Below, piece by piece: positions 41,231-50,742 of a stretch of DNA of 64,000 nt. How positions within the stretch are numbered: position 1 is the first letter of the stretch; each line of letters starts with the position of its first letter. A program made the translations under genes and the position numbers. The notes beneath the pieces were generated by a model, which saw only the letters and a program-made list of their open reading frames with translations, searched no databases and was not told the DNA's origin. Origin of the DNA: an uncultured Verrucomicrobiae bacterium. GTDB taxonomy: Bacteria > Verrucomicrobiota > Verrucomicrobiia > Chthoniobacterales > JAFAMB01. The stretch is taken from the NCBI GenBank assembly GCA_963813025.1, contig CAWEXO010000014.1, forward strand, positions 256,001 through 320,000. The letters are read 5' to 3'.

Positions 41231-42847
41231 TCAGCGCGTTGCCGGAGTGCGAACCACGTACGAGCGGCTGATCTTGTCGTGCCAAGCCTGTTTCTGGGGA
41301 TCGAACAAGATCCAGATGAAACCAAGGCCGAGCGGCAGAAAAGAAATCAGACTGGCTAATGCTCGGAGAGCCGAGGTGCCGGTATCACGAGTGAGCAAGC
41401 CGCCGTCATGCCGGCGGACTTCCAGGCCCAGGATAATTTCGCCTAAGGTGGCACTTCGCCATACGTACATCCCGAAACGGTACAATGCCCAGAGGATGAG
41501 CGTATAACGATTCAGGTGGACTGTGTTGAGAACGGTGTAGAGTAGAACGATATCAATGATATTGGCCAGTAACCGAGGCCAAAATTCAGCCGGGATTTCC
41601 GCCGGCGTCACCGAAGCAGCTGGCGAGGCGCCAACTGGCGGGGCCACCGGCAAGGCGAGAGATCCGGGCTGCGGCTCGCCTTGATGCGCCGAAGGTGAGG
41701 TCGTCGGAACGCCTTTTGGGCGGGTACGCTCCACCAAATAAATGGTAAACGCGCCCAGGCCGAGAAGGAACACGGCGGTGCTGGCGAGAAAACCAATGAC
41801 AGGGATGGTATAGAGAACCCAGCAAATAATAGCTCCCAGGCAGATCCAGACCAGAGGCGCGTAGTCAGGTCGCTGGAGATCAGGCTGCACTGCCGACAAG
41901 TGACCCGACGGGGTTGGGGGTGGCGTAGCAGTGGTGACAGGCTGCGTTCCTGGTGCCTCGACACTCCCTCGGCCAAGATGGGGTGCCATCTTTTTTCCGA
42001 TGACCTGAAACAGCGCGGTGTTGCCTATTGCCGAAAAGACTAAAACCGCACCAAGCACCAGAGGAATCGCGAGAATTCCGATCAAGGTCAGGAGAAGAAG
42101 AAAACAGAGAAAGGCGGCGGCGGGCACAATCGCGATCCCGGCTAAAACCGCGGCGGGCGCGCGTTCCTGAATGATCTGGCCGGTCTCCGCGACCGGTCGC
42201 GGAAGAAAAAAACCAACCGCGATACAGGAAGCAAAACTGACCAGGCAGAAAAACCAGGAAATGCCGGAAGTTAGAGACATGGGCCGAAGAAGAAGGACGG
42301 TATGAGCGAACCAGTGATGAATACCTTGCAGCATACCCGGTGAAAGGAAGTCCATCTGCATCTGGTCGCCACTGACGTGAATGCTCTCGTCTTTCCGGCC
42401 CGAGGACAGAAACGTCACGTAGTCTCCGTTGATCGTTGCGCCGGTTTCGAGGTTCACCTTTGACGCGACGCTCACGAAATCCCCGTTTATGGTTCCCCGG
42501 ATCGTGGCACTGGACCCGACCAAGACCACGTCGCCATTGACGTTGCCAGCGATCTCGGCCTGAGCCCCGATCAGCACCAGGTCACTGTTCTGAGCTTCGC
42601 CTTCTTCCAGCTTATAGTTGTGTCCGATAATTACCTGTTGGTGGTTCGAAGCGTCAGAGCGGTGAGACTTCGCTCGAGTGACGACCGCGCCGATCCAACT
42701 GGCCTGATCGTTCCAGCGATCAACGCTGACTGTGCCCAGGGTACTCGGTACGGAATGGGAGCGGCTTTCGATCGAAAACCCGCTCGTGGCGAGCGCGTTG
42801 CCGCAGAGCAATAGAATACCCAGCCCTGAGAAAAGACGGCGCTTCAT
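41231..42847 (-). CDS. Membrane protein: signal peptide, bactofilin-like beta-repeat, multi-TM region, C-terminal RDD domain
   Basis: Repeats G.V.GDVV.VG, GTINGDFV and GATINGDYV. RDD motifs FWPRLLANIID, TLG..ILGL.V and QAWHDKI....VV. Confidence 0.8.
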   Translation of the reverse strand: MKRRLFSGLGILLLCGNALATSGFSIESRSHSVPSTLGTVSVDRWNDQASWIGAVVTRAKSHRSDASNHQQVIIGHNYKLEEGEAQNSDLVLIGAQAEIAGNVNGDVVLVGSSATIRGTINGDFVSVASKVNLETGATINGDYVTFLSSGRKDESIHVSGDQMQMDFLSPGMLQGIHHWFAHTVLLLRPMSLTSGISWFFCLVSFASCIAVGFFLPRPVAETGQIIQERAPAAVLAGIAIVPAAAFLCFLLLLTLIGILAIPLVLGAVLVFSAIGNTALFQVIGKKMAPHLGRGSVEAPGTQPVTTATPPPTPSGHLSAVQPDLQRPDYAPLVWICLGAIICWVLYTIPVIGFLASTAVFLLGLGAFTIYLVERTRPKGVPTTSPSAHQGEPQPGSLALPVAPPVGASPAASVTPAEIPAEFWPRLLANIIDIVLLYTVLNTVHLNRYTLILWALYRFGMYVWRSATLGEIILGLEVRRHDGGLLTRDTGTSALRALASLISFLPLGLGFIWILFDPQKQAWHDKISRSYVVRTPATR

Positions 42848-43260
42848 CGGACGGTCGACAGCCGTTGAACGGCTTTGGCAGCCGCGATGCAGAGAAGATA
42901 ACTCGATAAAAACAGAATCCCGAGCAACACCAGCAACGGGATGGAGCCGATCCTGCTCTGAATTACCATCGTCTGGAAAGACTCAAGGACAACCGCGGCG
43001 CCGCGGATCGCGGGTGAGCCTTGAAACAGAGCTCCGGCGAAACTATTGGTCAGAAGGCTCACCACGAGAACAATCAGAGCCAGACCAATCGCGAGAGCGG
43101 GAGCCAGCTCGGAGCGGCGATCAAAAATTCGCAAAAACCAAGGTCGTCCGGCGCGGGCGCGCACTTCCGCCATTACTTTCGGCAGAAGCGTTTCCGGAGC
43201 CTCGAGCTCGTCCAGAGACTTCAGCTCCGCGTCCAGCCAATCGTGTTCCTGGTCATTCAT
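42844..43260 (-). CDS. Putative membrane anti-sigma factor
   Basis: Overlaps the sigma stop. N-terminal LD.ELK.L..LEAP.TLLP.VMA.V, then two TM helices. Confidence 0.6.
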   Translation of the reverse strand: MNDQEHDWLDAELKSLDELEAPETLLPKVMAEVRARAGRPWFLRIFDRRSELAPALAIGLALIVLVVSLLTNSFAGALFQGSPAIRGAAVVLESFQTMVIQSRIGSIPLLVLLGILFLSSYLLCIAAAKAVQRLSTVR

Positions 43261-43744
43261 CGGTTTTTTGTAGGATCGTTCGCAGAGCCTCGCGTCCCCG
43301 ATGAATATCGGTCTTAATTTTGGCCAGCGAAACGCTGAGTTTTGCGGCAATTTCCTCGTAGCTCATCTCTTCGAAGTGAAAGAGCACGAGGGGGACCCGC
43401 TGCGCATCCGGCAATTGGCGGAGCGCCAGTTCGAGGCGTTCTTTCCGTTCCAGTGAAGACTCGGGAGAGGGGATTTCCGGAGTTTGTTCCTGCTCGGAGA
43501 AAAAACGCCAACGGGCTCGGTACCGATTGAGGTGGTTAATTGCCAGATTGGTCGCCACGGTTTTGAGCCAGCCGCCGATTCGGCTGCTCTGCTGCAGTTC
43601 AGAAAATCGATCGAACGCTTTGATGAACACCTCTTGAGTGATGTCCTCCGCGTCAGCAGAATTTCCGAGGATGCGGGTCGCGACGGAGAAAACCATATTC
43701 TGGTAGTTTCGAACAAAGATCTCGAACTCCTGAACTTCGGGCAT
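43253..43744 (-). CDS. ECF RNA polymerase sigma factor
   Basis: Motifs DAEDITQEVF, WLKTVATNLAIN, LPDAQR..LVL.HFEEMSYEEIA and IKTDIHRGR. Confidence 0.93.
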   Translation of the reverse strand: MPEVQEFEIFVRNYQNMVFSVATRILGNSADAEDITQEVFIKAFDRFSELQQSSRIGGWLKTVATNLAINHLNRYRARWRFFSEQEQTPEIPSPESSLERKERLELALRQLPDAQRVPLVLFHFEEMSYEEIAAKLSVSLAKIKTDIHRGREALRTILQKTDE

Positions 43745-43836
43745 GCTCGCGGACAGTCCGCGGGAAGCGTATTCAGGGAGCGCAAAGAACTGCAGCGCCG
43801 CGGTGGTACCCATCTTGGCAGGAGTTTGCGGACCAA

Positions 43837-44028
43837 TCAAACGCGAAGCAAAGACAACTGATAGACACAGATCATCGTGGCGAGCAACCCCCAGAAGCCC
43901 AGCCACACGACAGCGGCTTCTTCCAGCGCTTCCGAGTAATCGCCGGCTGCCGCCCGGATCCAATTAGCTGAACTGACCGTGACCATTTGCTGTTTGCCGG
44001 GTCGAAACTGAACAATCTTGTTTTCCAT
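43837..44028 (-). CDS. Small hypothetical protein with C-terminal TM helix (63 aa)
   Basis: ATG at 44028 and hydrophobic tail AVVWLGFWGLLATMICVY. Co-oriented upstream of the sigma gene. Confidence 0.45.
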   Translation of the reverse strand: MENKIVQFRPGKQQMVTVSSANWIRAAAGDYSEALEEAAVVWLGFWGLLATMICVYQLSLLRV

Positions 44029-44238
44029 AAGCAATAACTGATTCCATGAGCAGGACACGGCAAAGGGGTGGAAAGTTGCAAAAGATGGAAAGGTGCGAGT
44101 CCCGAGTCCCGATCGCCCGATTATCCCAAGGCCGACAAAACCTGTACCCGCTACCCGGGACTCGTTACTAATAAAGGTCCTGTATCCGTGGGGTGAAACT
44201 GCAGAGAATGCCTCGCTCCGCGGCCTCGGCTGAGGTCC

Positions 44239-44360
44239 GGTAGGGAGAGAATTTATCTGAGCCTTCGGCGAAGACTCGTTCGAGCCGGGCGCTGGAGCGG
44301 CCACGCCTAAGACGGCTCAAACAAGTTCTCGCTAAGGCTCGAATAAATTTTCGCCCTACC
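44239..44360. repeat. REP/REPIN-like long hairpin, family A, second diverged copy in opposite orientation
   Basis: GGTAGGGAGAGAATTTATCTGAGC...GACGGCTCAAACAAGTTCTCGCT..GCTCGAATAAATTTTCGCCCTACC aligns with the reverse complement of 30392-30514. Confidence 0.85.
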
Positions 44361-44473
44361 GTAACAGGGCAAGAGACACGTTCCCAGAAAAGCTCTTTCT
44401 CGCCAAACCAACTAGGTCTGCGCGGATGGATGTGGGTTGCGGAAGGGGAACCTCGCGTTACGATCAAAGAGCA

Positions 44474-45586
44474 ATGCAGGAATCAGAAAACGTGCTTTCG
44501 CGGGCGAATCCATGGTTGAAAGACCTGGTTAGTTATATCTCGGGCAAACCGATCGAAGACGTCGCGCGCGAGCTCGGACTGGCGCCGGAACAAATCATCA
44601 AACTTGCCTCCAATGAGAATCCGCTAGGCCCGTCGGAGAAGGCCCTGGATGCTATTCGAGCGGCAGGTACGCGGCTGAATTTTTATCCGGACGGCGGCGG
44701 TTTTCATCTGCGGTCGGAAATTGCCCGGAGATTTCAGCTGACGCTGGGCCATATTATCCTGGGAAACGGTTCCAACGAGATCATCGAATTTCTGGGACAC
44801 GCTTTTCTCCAGCCGGGAGACGAAGTGCTCACCGCCGAGTACGCCTTCGTTGTCTACAAATTAATGGCGCAATTGTTCGGAGCGGAAGCAACGGCCGTGC
44901 CGGATCGTTCGTTTACCTGCGATGTGCAGGCCATGGCAGCGGCGGTGACACCAAGAACCAAGCTTATTTACCTGGCAAACCCGAATAATCCAACCGGGAC
45001 TATGGTGGCCGAAGCGGGGTTAGATTGGTTAGTGGCCAACGTCAGGTCCGACGTGGTGATTGTGTTGGACGAGGCTTATTACGAATTTCTGGAGCAACCT
45101 CCGAACACTCTGAAGTACGTGCGGGAACAGCCAAACGTCATCTTGTTACGGACTTTCTCGAAGATTCAAGGTCTGGCCGGACTGCGGATTGGCTATGGCC
45201 TGGCCAATCCTACGTTGGTCGAGCTTCTGCAAAAGACACGGCAACCTTTTAACACGAACTCGCTGGCCCAGGCCGCCGCATTAGCCAGTCTGGAAGACGA
45301 AGGACACGCGGAGCGTACCCGCCAAATTGTTCATACCGGTCGAGCGTTTTTGCAGAAAGAACTAGGTGAGCGCGGGATAGAGTTCGTGCCAAGTTCGGCG
45401 AACTTTATCTTAGTAAAGGTCGGAAAAGGCAAAGACATCTTCGAAAAGCTGCTCCGGCGCGGAATGATTATTCGAGCAATGGATGAATATCGGCTGCCGG
45501 ATTGGATTCGGGTCAGTGTGGGCACGGAAGAACAGAACCGGCGATTTTTGGAAGACTTCGATGCGGTGAGAGCGCCTACGAAGTGA
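44474..45586 (+). CDS. hisC: Histidinol-phosphate aminotransferase
   Basis: Motifs KLASNENPLGPS, GNGSNE, NPNNPTG, LDEAY and RTFSK..GLAGLRIGY. Confidence 0.95.
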   Translation: MQESENVLSRANPWLKDLVSYISGKPIEDVARELGLAPEQIIKLASNENPLGPSEKALDAIRAAGTRLNFYPDGGGFHLRSEIARRFQLTLGHIILGNGSNEIIEFLGHAFLQPGDEVLTAEYAFVVYKLMAQLFGAEATAVPDRSFTCDVQAMAAAVTPRTKLIYLANPNNPTGTMVAEAGLDWLVANVRSDVVIVLDEAYYEFLEQPPNTLKYVREQPNVILLRTFSKIQGLAGLRIGYGLANPTLVELLQKTRQPFNTNSLAQAAALASLEDEGHAERTRQIVHTGRAFLQKELGERGIEFVPSSANFILVKVGKGKDIFEKLLRRGMIIRAMDEYRLPDWIRVSVGTEEQNRRFLEDFDAVRAPTK

Positions 45587-46950
45587 AATTGGAACCAGAG
45601 ATTGGGAGGATAATCTCTTCCTCCCTCCCTGACACCATCGCCGCAATTGCCACCCCGCTGGGCGAGGGTGCGATCGCCGTTATTCGAGTAGCGGGACCGG
45701 GGTCGTTCCAGGTCGTTGGGAAGGTCTTTCGACCGCGCCAGAGCAATCAGCAGCCGCGACCGCGCCGAGTTTATTTAGGCGAACTGCACGACGAAAAAGG
45801 TAAACTCGACGAGGTGTTAGTAACGTACTATCGGGCGCCGCAGAGTTATACCGGCGACGATTTGGTGGAGGTGAGTAGTCACGGCGGCATTCTTGTCGTG
45901 CGGAAAATCTTGCAGACCTTACTCCGGCACGGAAGCCGCATGGCCGAGCCGGGCGAATTTACCAAGCGTGCCTTTCTAAACGGTCGAATGGACTTGACGC
46001 AGGCGGAGGCGGTGATGGACGTGATCCGGGCGCAAACCGAACTCGCTCTCCGCGCGGCGAACGAACAATTGGCCGGTGCACTGGGAGAAGAACTGGCGCG
46101 CCAGCGAGATAGTCTCCTGACGGTGCTGGCCCACGTCGAGGCCTATATTGATTTTCCGGATGAGGAAATCGATCCAGCGACGGGGCGGGCGCTCGAGCGG
46201 CGCTGCGTGACGATCGAACAGGCGTTCAGCCGCTTGCTGGCGACGGCGGAGCAAGGGAGGATCCTGCGGCACGGTCTTCGCACGGTGATCTACGGTCTGC
46301 CAAACGTGGGTAAATCGAGTCTCCTGAACCTCCTTCTCGGTTATGAGCGCGCTATTGTCAGCGAAATTCCCGGCACGACCCGCGACACGATTGAAGAAAC
46401 AATCAATGTGCTGGGTCTGCCGGTGCGTTTGATCGACACGGCCGGTATGCGGAACACGAAGGACGACCTCGAACGGGAGGGAATGCGACGTACGGAGGCG
46501 CAGCTGGAACAAGCTGATCTTGTTCTCTGGATGGTCGATGGAAGCGCGGCCCCCGAGATCGGAGTCCCGCCGCCGAATGCGATTGTGCTCTTGAACAAAT
46601 CTGATCTCGGTGTGCACCCGGACTGGACAGGCCGCCCAGGTATTCGGTTTTCCTGTAAAAACCGGTCCGGGTTGGGCGAACTGAGCCAGGCGATTTGGGA
46701 CAAGGTGATGGGAGGAGAAGTCAGCTTTCAAGACGTGCATATCGCGATCAGCGCCCGGCATCAAAGTCATCTGGAGAGAGCGGCCGCGCGTCTGGCGAAC
46801 GCCCGGCAAAATCTGTCCGCCGGTCTGAGCCCGGAGTTCATTGCGATTGAACTGCGGGAAGCACTCGATGCGCTCGGAGAAATTCTGGGCCGGTTAGATA
46901 CAGAAGATCTTCTGGGACGAATCTTCAGTGAGTTTTGTATTGGAAAATAA
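45583..46950 (+). CDS. mnmE: tRNA modification GTPase MnmE
   Basis: Motifs DTIAAIATP.G, GEFTKRAFLNG, G.PNVGKSS, GTTRD, DTAG and terminal FCIGK. Confidence 0.97.
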   Translation: MKLEPEIGRIISSSLPDTIAAIATPLGEGAIAVIRVAGPGSFQVVGKVFRPRQSNQQPRPRRVYLGELHDEKGKLDEVLVTYYRAPQSYTGDDLVEVSSHGGILVVRKILQTLLRHGSRMAEPGEFTKRAFLNGRMDLTQAEAVMDVIRAQTELALRAANEQLAGALGEELARQRDSLLTVLAHVEAYIDFPDEEIDPATGRALERRCVTIEQAFSRLLATAEQGRILRHGLRTVIYGLPNVGKSSLLNLLLGYERAIVSEIPGTTRDTIEETINVLGLPVRLIDTAGMRNTKDDLEREGMRRTEAQLEQADLVLWMVDGSAAPEIGVPPPNAIVLLNKSDLGVHPDWTGRPGIRFSCKNRSGLGELSQAIWDKVMGGEVSFQDVHIAISARHQSHLERAAARLANARQNLSAGLSPEFIAIELREALDALGEILGRLDTEDLLGRIFSEFCIGK

Positions 46951-46970
46951 CAGAATGGCGAAGAGGTAAA

Positions 46971-47140
46971 AAACCACAGATTCACAGATTTGAGGACGGT
47001 TTTATGGGACAAAGCGTGCCCACACCCAATCGCAAGCGTTGCCCGGATCTCTGTACATATATAACAAGCTGGAAAAGGAGATGTTAATCTACCAAATCTT
47101 TTGACGGTTTAATCTGTGCTAATCGGTGGAATCTGTGGTT
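46971..47140. repeat. Inverted (CACAGATT)n / (AATCTGTG)n short repeats
   Basis: aaaccacagattcacagatt at 46971 and aatctgtgctaatcggtggaatctgtggtt at 47111-47140. Confidence 0.6.
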
Positions 47141-48148
47141 CGAATCTCCTCTTCCTTCTATGAACGCCTGATCCGCCCAGTTCTATTCTCGCTTGATCCG
47201 GAAACAGCTCACCGCTGGACGCTTGGGTGTTTGCGGCTGGTCTCTAGCTTAATCGGTGGTCACGCTGGCCGCTGTTTCTCCGGCCGGGGAGGAGTTGAGC
47301 TTTTCGGGCTTCAGTTTCCTAACCGAGTGGGGTTAGCCGCTGGATTTGACAAGAATGGCGTTGCACTACCGGCCTGGGCTGCGCTGGGATTCGGATTTGT
47401 TGAAGTGGGAACGATCACGGCGTGTGCGCAACCAGGAAATCCGCGTCCGCGGATCTTCCGCGTACCGGAGCAGGAAGCGCTGATCAATCGTTTGGGCTTT
47501 AACAACGAGGGTGTGGAGAAAGTGGCGAGGCGTCTGGAAATGCTTCGCCGCAGCAATCGCTGGCCCGGCATACCCATCGGCCTCAATCTAGGCAAAAGCA
47601 GAATCACGCCCCTGGAAAACGCGGTTGAGGATTATCTCGTCTCGTTTCGCCGGACGCGCGATCTCGGCGACTACTTCGTCCTAAATGTTAGTTCTCCCAA
47701 TACTCCCGGACTAAGACAGTTGCAAAATTATGAGATGTTGAACATGTTGCTGACCGCCATACGAGCGGAAGCGCAGGGTAAACCGGTGCTGCTGAAGATC
47801 GCGCCTGACCTGAAGGAAGCGGAGCTGGATGGGATACTTGAGCTGACAGAGCAACACCGATTGGCCGGCCTGATTGCCACCAACACAACGGTTGAACAGG
47901 AGAGTTTGGCAGAGCATCGGCGCGTGGAAGGCGGCCTGAGTGGTGCTCCTTTGCGAGAACGAGCAATGGCGACGTTGCGCTATCTTCGCCCGCGAACCGA
48001 GCGCCCGTTGATAGCGGTAGGTGGAATCATGTCCGAGGCGGATGCACGAGCGCGCTTCGATGCTGGCGCCAACCTTGTCCAGATTTACACGGGATTGATT
48101 TATCGCGGTCCGGCTTTGATCAGGGCGATTGCCGGGGCCGTAGGATAA
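47126..48148 (+). CDS. pyrD: Quinone-dependent dihydroorotate dehydrogenase (class 2)
   Basis: Motifs DPETAH, GLAAGFDKNG, INRLGFNN.G, NVSSPNTPGLR, KIAPD and GGLSG. Exact start uncertain. Confidence 0.95.
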   Translation: MESVVRISSSFYERLIRPVLFSLDPETAHRWTLGCLRLVSSLIGGHAGRCFSGRGGVELFGLQFPNRVGLAAGFDKNGVALPAWAALGFGFVEVGTITACAQPGNPRPRIFRVPEQEALINRLGFNNEGVEKVARRLEMLRRSNRWPGIPIGLNLGKSRITPLENAVEDYLVSFRRTRDLGDYFVLNVSSPNTPGLRQLQNYEMLNMLLTAIRAEAQGKPVLLKIAPDLKEAELDGILELTEQHRLAGLIATNTTVEQESLAEHRRVEGGLSGAPLRERAMATLRYLRPRTERPLIAVGGIMSEADARARFDAGANLVQIYTGLIYRGPALIRAIAGAVG

Positions 48149-48208
48149 AGTTTCCAGCTTGTCGCCACTAAACCGGGCGCATGAGCGCACGGCAGAAACG
48201 GGCAAGGA

Positions 48209-48470
48209 GCGTCCTGGAGTGCGGCGACTTGTCGCCGCTTTAGGAGTCGCGCGGAGCACAGGTAACGCGCACGGCCTCGCGTTACCTCCCGATACGGACG
48301 AGGCCGAACGTGTCGGATCTTGGGGAGATTTGAGTCGCTCCTTCAGAGCTGGGTCATTTTTTTTGCACGTTTCCTAAGGCTGCGCCCAAGGCTCTCTTGA
48401 ACCGCACCTTCGGCGCCCTGGCCGCGCCGAAAGCGCCGGGTCAGGATAGCCCGGGGTGTGCAGCCCAATT
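48209..48470. repeat. Cluster of degenerate REP-like units (family C left arm, family B remnant, GCACCTTCGGCGC/GCGCCGAAAGCGC pair)
   Basis: GCGTCCTGGAGTGCGGCGACTTGTCGCCGCTTT at 48209-48241 and TACGGACGAGGCCG at about 48293. Confidence 0.65.
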
Positions 48471-48549
48471 ATTTAAGCCGCTGACCGCCTCCGGACACTG
48501 CCGCTGAGAACAGACAGCGGCTCAAATTTATGAGGACCTTGGGCGCGGG

Positions 48550-48891
48550 TTAACGGCGCCGAAAATCCCGATCCCGCCCGCGACGCGTGTCTTTCTGACC
48601 GCCGCTGCGGGGTTCTCCGGGAAAGAAACGGTCTTGCCGCGCCTCCGGTGGGCGCGCCTCGTTGACCGTCAATGGACGATTATCGAGCGAGTACCCATTA
48701 AACTTCGAGATAGCTTCATTCGCGTGGTCCGAGGATTCCATTGTGACGAATCCGAAACCCCGGGACTTTCCAGTGAACTTGTCCTGAATAATCTTCACAT
48801 CGACGACGTTGCCGACCTGCCCGAAAAGATCCTGCAGATCCAGCTCTGTTGTCGCGAAAGACAAATTACCTACATACAATTTAACCGACAT
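48550..48891 (-). CDS. RRM-domain RNA-binding protein
   Basis: RNP2 LYVGNL, RNP1 RGFGFVTM and LTVNEARP. Confidence 0.95.
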   Translation of the reverse strand: MSVKLYVGNLSFATTELDLQDLFGQVGNVVDVKIIQDKFTGKSRGFGFVTMESSDHANEAISKFNGYSLDNRPLTVNEARPPEARQDRFFPGEPRSGGQKDTRRGRDRDFRRR

Positions 48892-49125
48892 AGCATTCTT
48901 CCATGGGACGCCTCATCGAGCAGGCCGGTCCTTAATGGACGTTCTTGCCAATGAGCCAAACTCCTGGCAATCACCCGGAACGAGAAGTAGTCTCGGATGG
49001 GTACGTCAGGTGTCTGAGGCTTTCAAGCGGGTTTTTGAAACGATCAGGTGACGGGGGAGGGCAGAGGTGTCGCAGGAGTCCAGGATTTGTCGACGTACGT
49101 GTGGACTCGGGACCCGCCCTCGGGA

Positions 49126-49554
49126 CTAACCAACAGCCGCAGTGGCGCGGCCCCACACAAAACTCACCGGGACGGCGATGTCCGGATGAAGGCTCTTGTG
49201 GACCGGACAAGTGAGCGCTGCGTGTTCGAGCGCAGCCCGTTTGGGATGATCCTCAGCAAGTGGTACGGCGATTTCGACCGACAGTTTGCCGATCCGGCGG
49301 ACTGGCTGCTGAGTCATCTCTTTCTTCACCGTGGCCCGAGTGCCGGCGATCGTGATCTCGTTGCGGCGCGCGTAGATATCCATCACGGTCAACATGCAAG
49401 TACCCAGCGCGGTTGCCACCAGATCGGTCGGAGAAAATCTTTCTCCTTTACCGCAGTTATCAACCGGGGCGTCCGTTTCCAGAGTTGTCCCAGAGGGACC
49501 ATGCTTGGCGAAGGTGTGCAGACCACCCTCGGCGCGGATAATAATCTCAACCAT
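49126..49554 (-). CDS. OsmC-family protein
   Basis: Motifs TDAP.DN.G.G..FSPTDL.A.ALG.C and CPVHKSL. Confidence 0.92.
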   Translation of the reverse strand: MVEIIIRAEGGLHTFAKHGPSGTTLETDAPVDNCGKGERFSPTDLVATALGTCMLTVMDIYARRNEITIAGTRATVKKEMTQQPVRRIGKLSVEIAVPLAEDHPKRAALEHAALTCPVHKSLHPDIAVPVSFVWGRATAAVG

Positions 49555-49616
49555 AGTAGTCAGGAGTCAGGAGTAATGAACCATCGGTCATCGTTCTTTG
49601 GTCATTGGTGATCGGC

Positions 49617-50471
49617 CTACATCGGCAGGTGGAAGAAATCGCAAGCATTGCGGGTCGTCTTTTCGGCGAATTCGTCAAACGGCAGACCGCGCTGTTTCGC
49701 AATCGTTTCCCCGACCTGCCGAACAAATGCCGGCTCGCAGCGCTGCCCACGAAACGGGACCGGAGCAAGGAATGGACAGTCGGTCTCGATCATCACTCGA
49801 TCGATCGGGATATTCTCGGCAATTCCCCTGGTTTCGGCCGCGTTCTTGAAGGTAATCAACCCGGTAAAGGAAATCATGTGGCCCAGGCGAATGACTTCCT
49901 GAGCCTGGGCCAGGCTGGAATTGAAACAGTGGAACACGCCGCGCACAGTGCTGTTCCGCAGAATGTCCAACGTATCCATCCAGGCGTCTCGCTGGTGGAT
50001 AATTACGTTTTTATCAAGTTCAGCAGCCAATTCGAGATGTTGCTCGAAGGCGGCAGCTTGAGCAGCCTTCACCGCTTCGTCTTCGATCTCGAGTTGCAGA
50101 GAGGAACCGGTGGTTGATCCCAAGGTTGTTTCGACAACGTCTTCTTTCTGGTTCCGGCTCGGCAGATAGTGATAATCGAGCCCCGTCTCGCCGATTGCCA
50201 CGACCCGTGGGTGCTTGGCCAGATCCCGGAGCTGACTTATAAAGTCTGTTTTCTGCTCGAAGGCGGAGTTGGGATGAATGCCGACTGCTGCGAAGACTTC
50301 GGGAAACTCTTCAGCCAGTTTGATCGCCTTCCCGCAGGACGGCAAATCTGTGCCAATGGTGATAATGCGATGAACGCCAGCAGCCCGGGCCCGCTGAATA
50401 ACTGCTGGAACATCGCCCGCAAACTCCGGGAAATCGAGGTGCGCGTGGGTGTCGATCAATGATAAGTTCAC
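49617..50471 (-). CDS. TatD-family deoxyribonuclease
   Basis: Motifs DTHAHL, VGIHP, IGETGLDY, IHQRDA, VFHCF and ETDCPFLAP.P.RG. Confidence 0.93.
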   Translation of the reverse strand: MNLSLIDTHAHLDFPEFAGDVPAVIQRARAAGVHRIITIGTDLPSCGKAIKLAEEFPEVFAAVGIHPNSAFEQKTDFISQLRDLAKHPRVVAIGETGLDYHYLPSRNQKEDVVETTLGSTTGSSLQLEIEDEAVKAAQAAAFEQHLELAAELDKNVIIHQRDAWMDTLDILRNSTVRGVFHCFNSSLAQAQEVIRLGHMISFTGLITFKNAAETRGIAENIPIDRVMIETDCPFLAPVPFRGQRCEPAFVRQVGETIAKQRGLPFDEFAEKTTRNACDFFHLPM

Positions 50472-50533
50472 GGTGGCGAGTTTTTAATAGCAGATCTTTG
50501 TCGAGAATAAAGGCCCTACCGCAGATGGCTCGC

Positions 50534-50643
50534 GTAGCGCGGACGGCCTCGTCCGTACTCTGGCGTGCACTCCTTGGCACCGAGCAACGCTCAATCTACC
50601 CGCGGTGTGCCGGTGGAAGTACGGACGAGGCCGTCCGCGCTAC
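50534..50643. repeat. REP pair, family B, second copy
   Basis: Identical 25-bp unit at 50534-50558 with an inverted copy at 50619-50643. Confidence 0.88.
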
Positions 50644-50742
50644 GTCGCAAGCCGCTCAAGCCGCGGCAAGTCATGCCGTGCCGCAGCCGAGCACAGCGAG
50701 AGCGAAGAAGGCCGCACCCACTCAATGCCCAACTCCATGCCT

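Noticed and set aside
48892..49030. Riboswitch or thermometer in the RRM gene leader
   Set aside because: There is some pairing potential (TTGCCA/TGGCAA) but no recognisable family motif. It cannot be supported without a covariance search.
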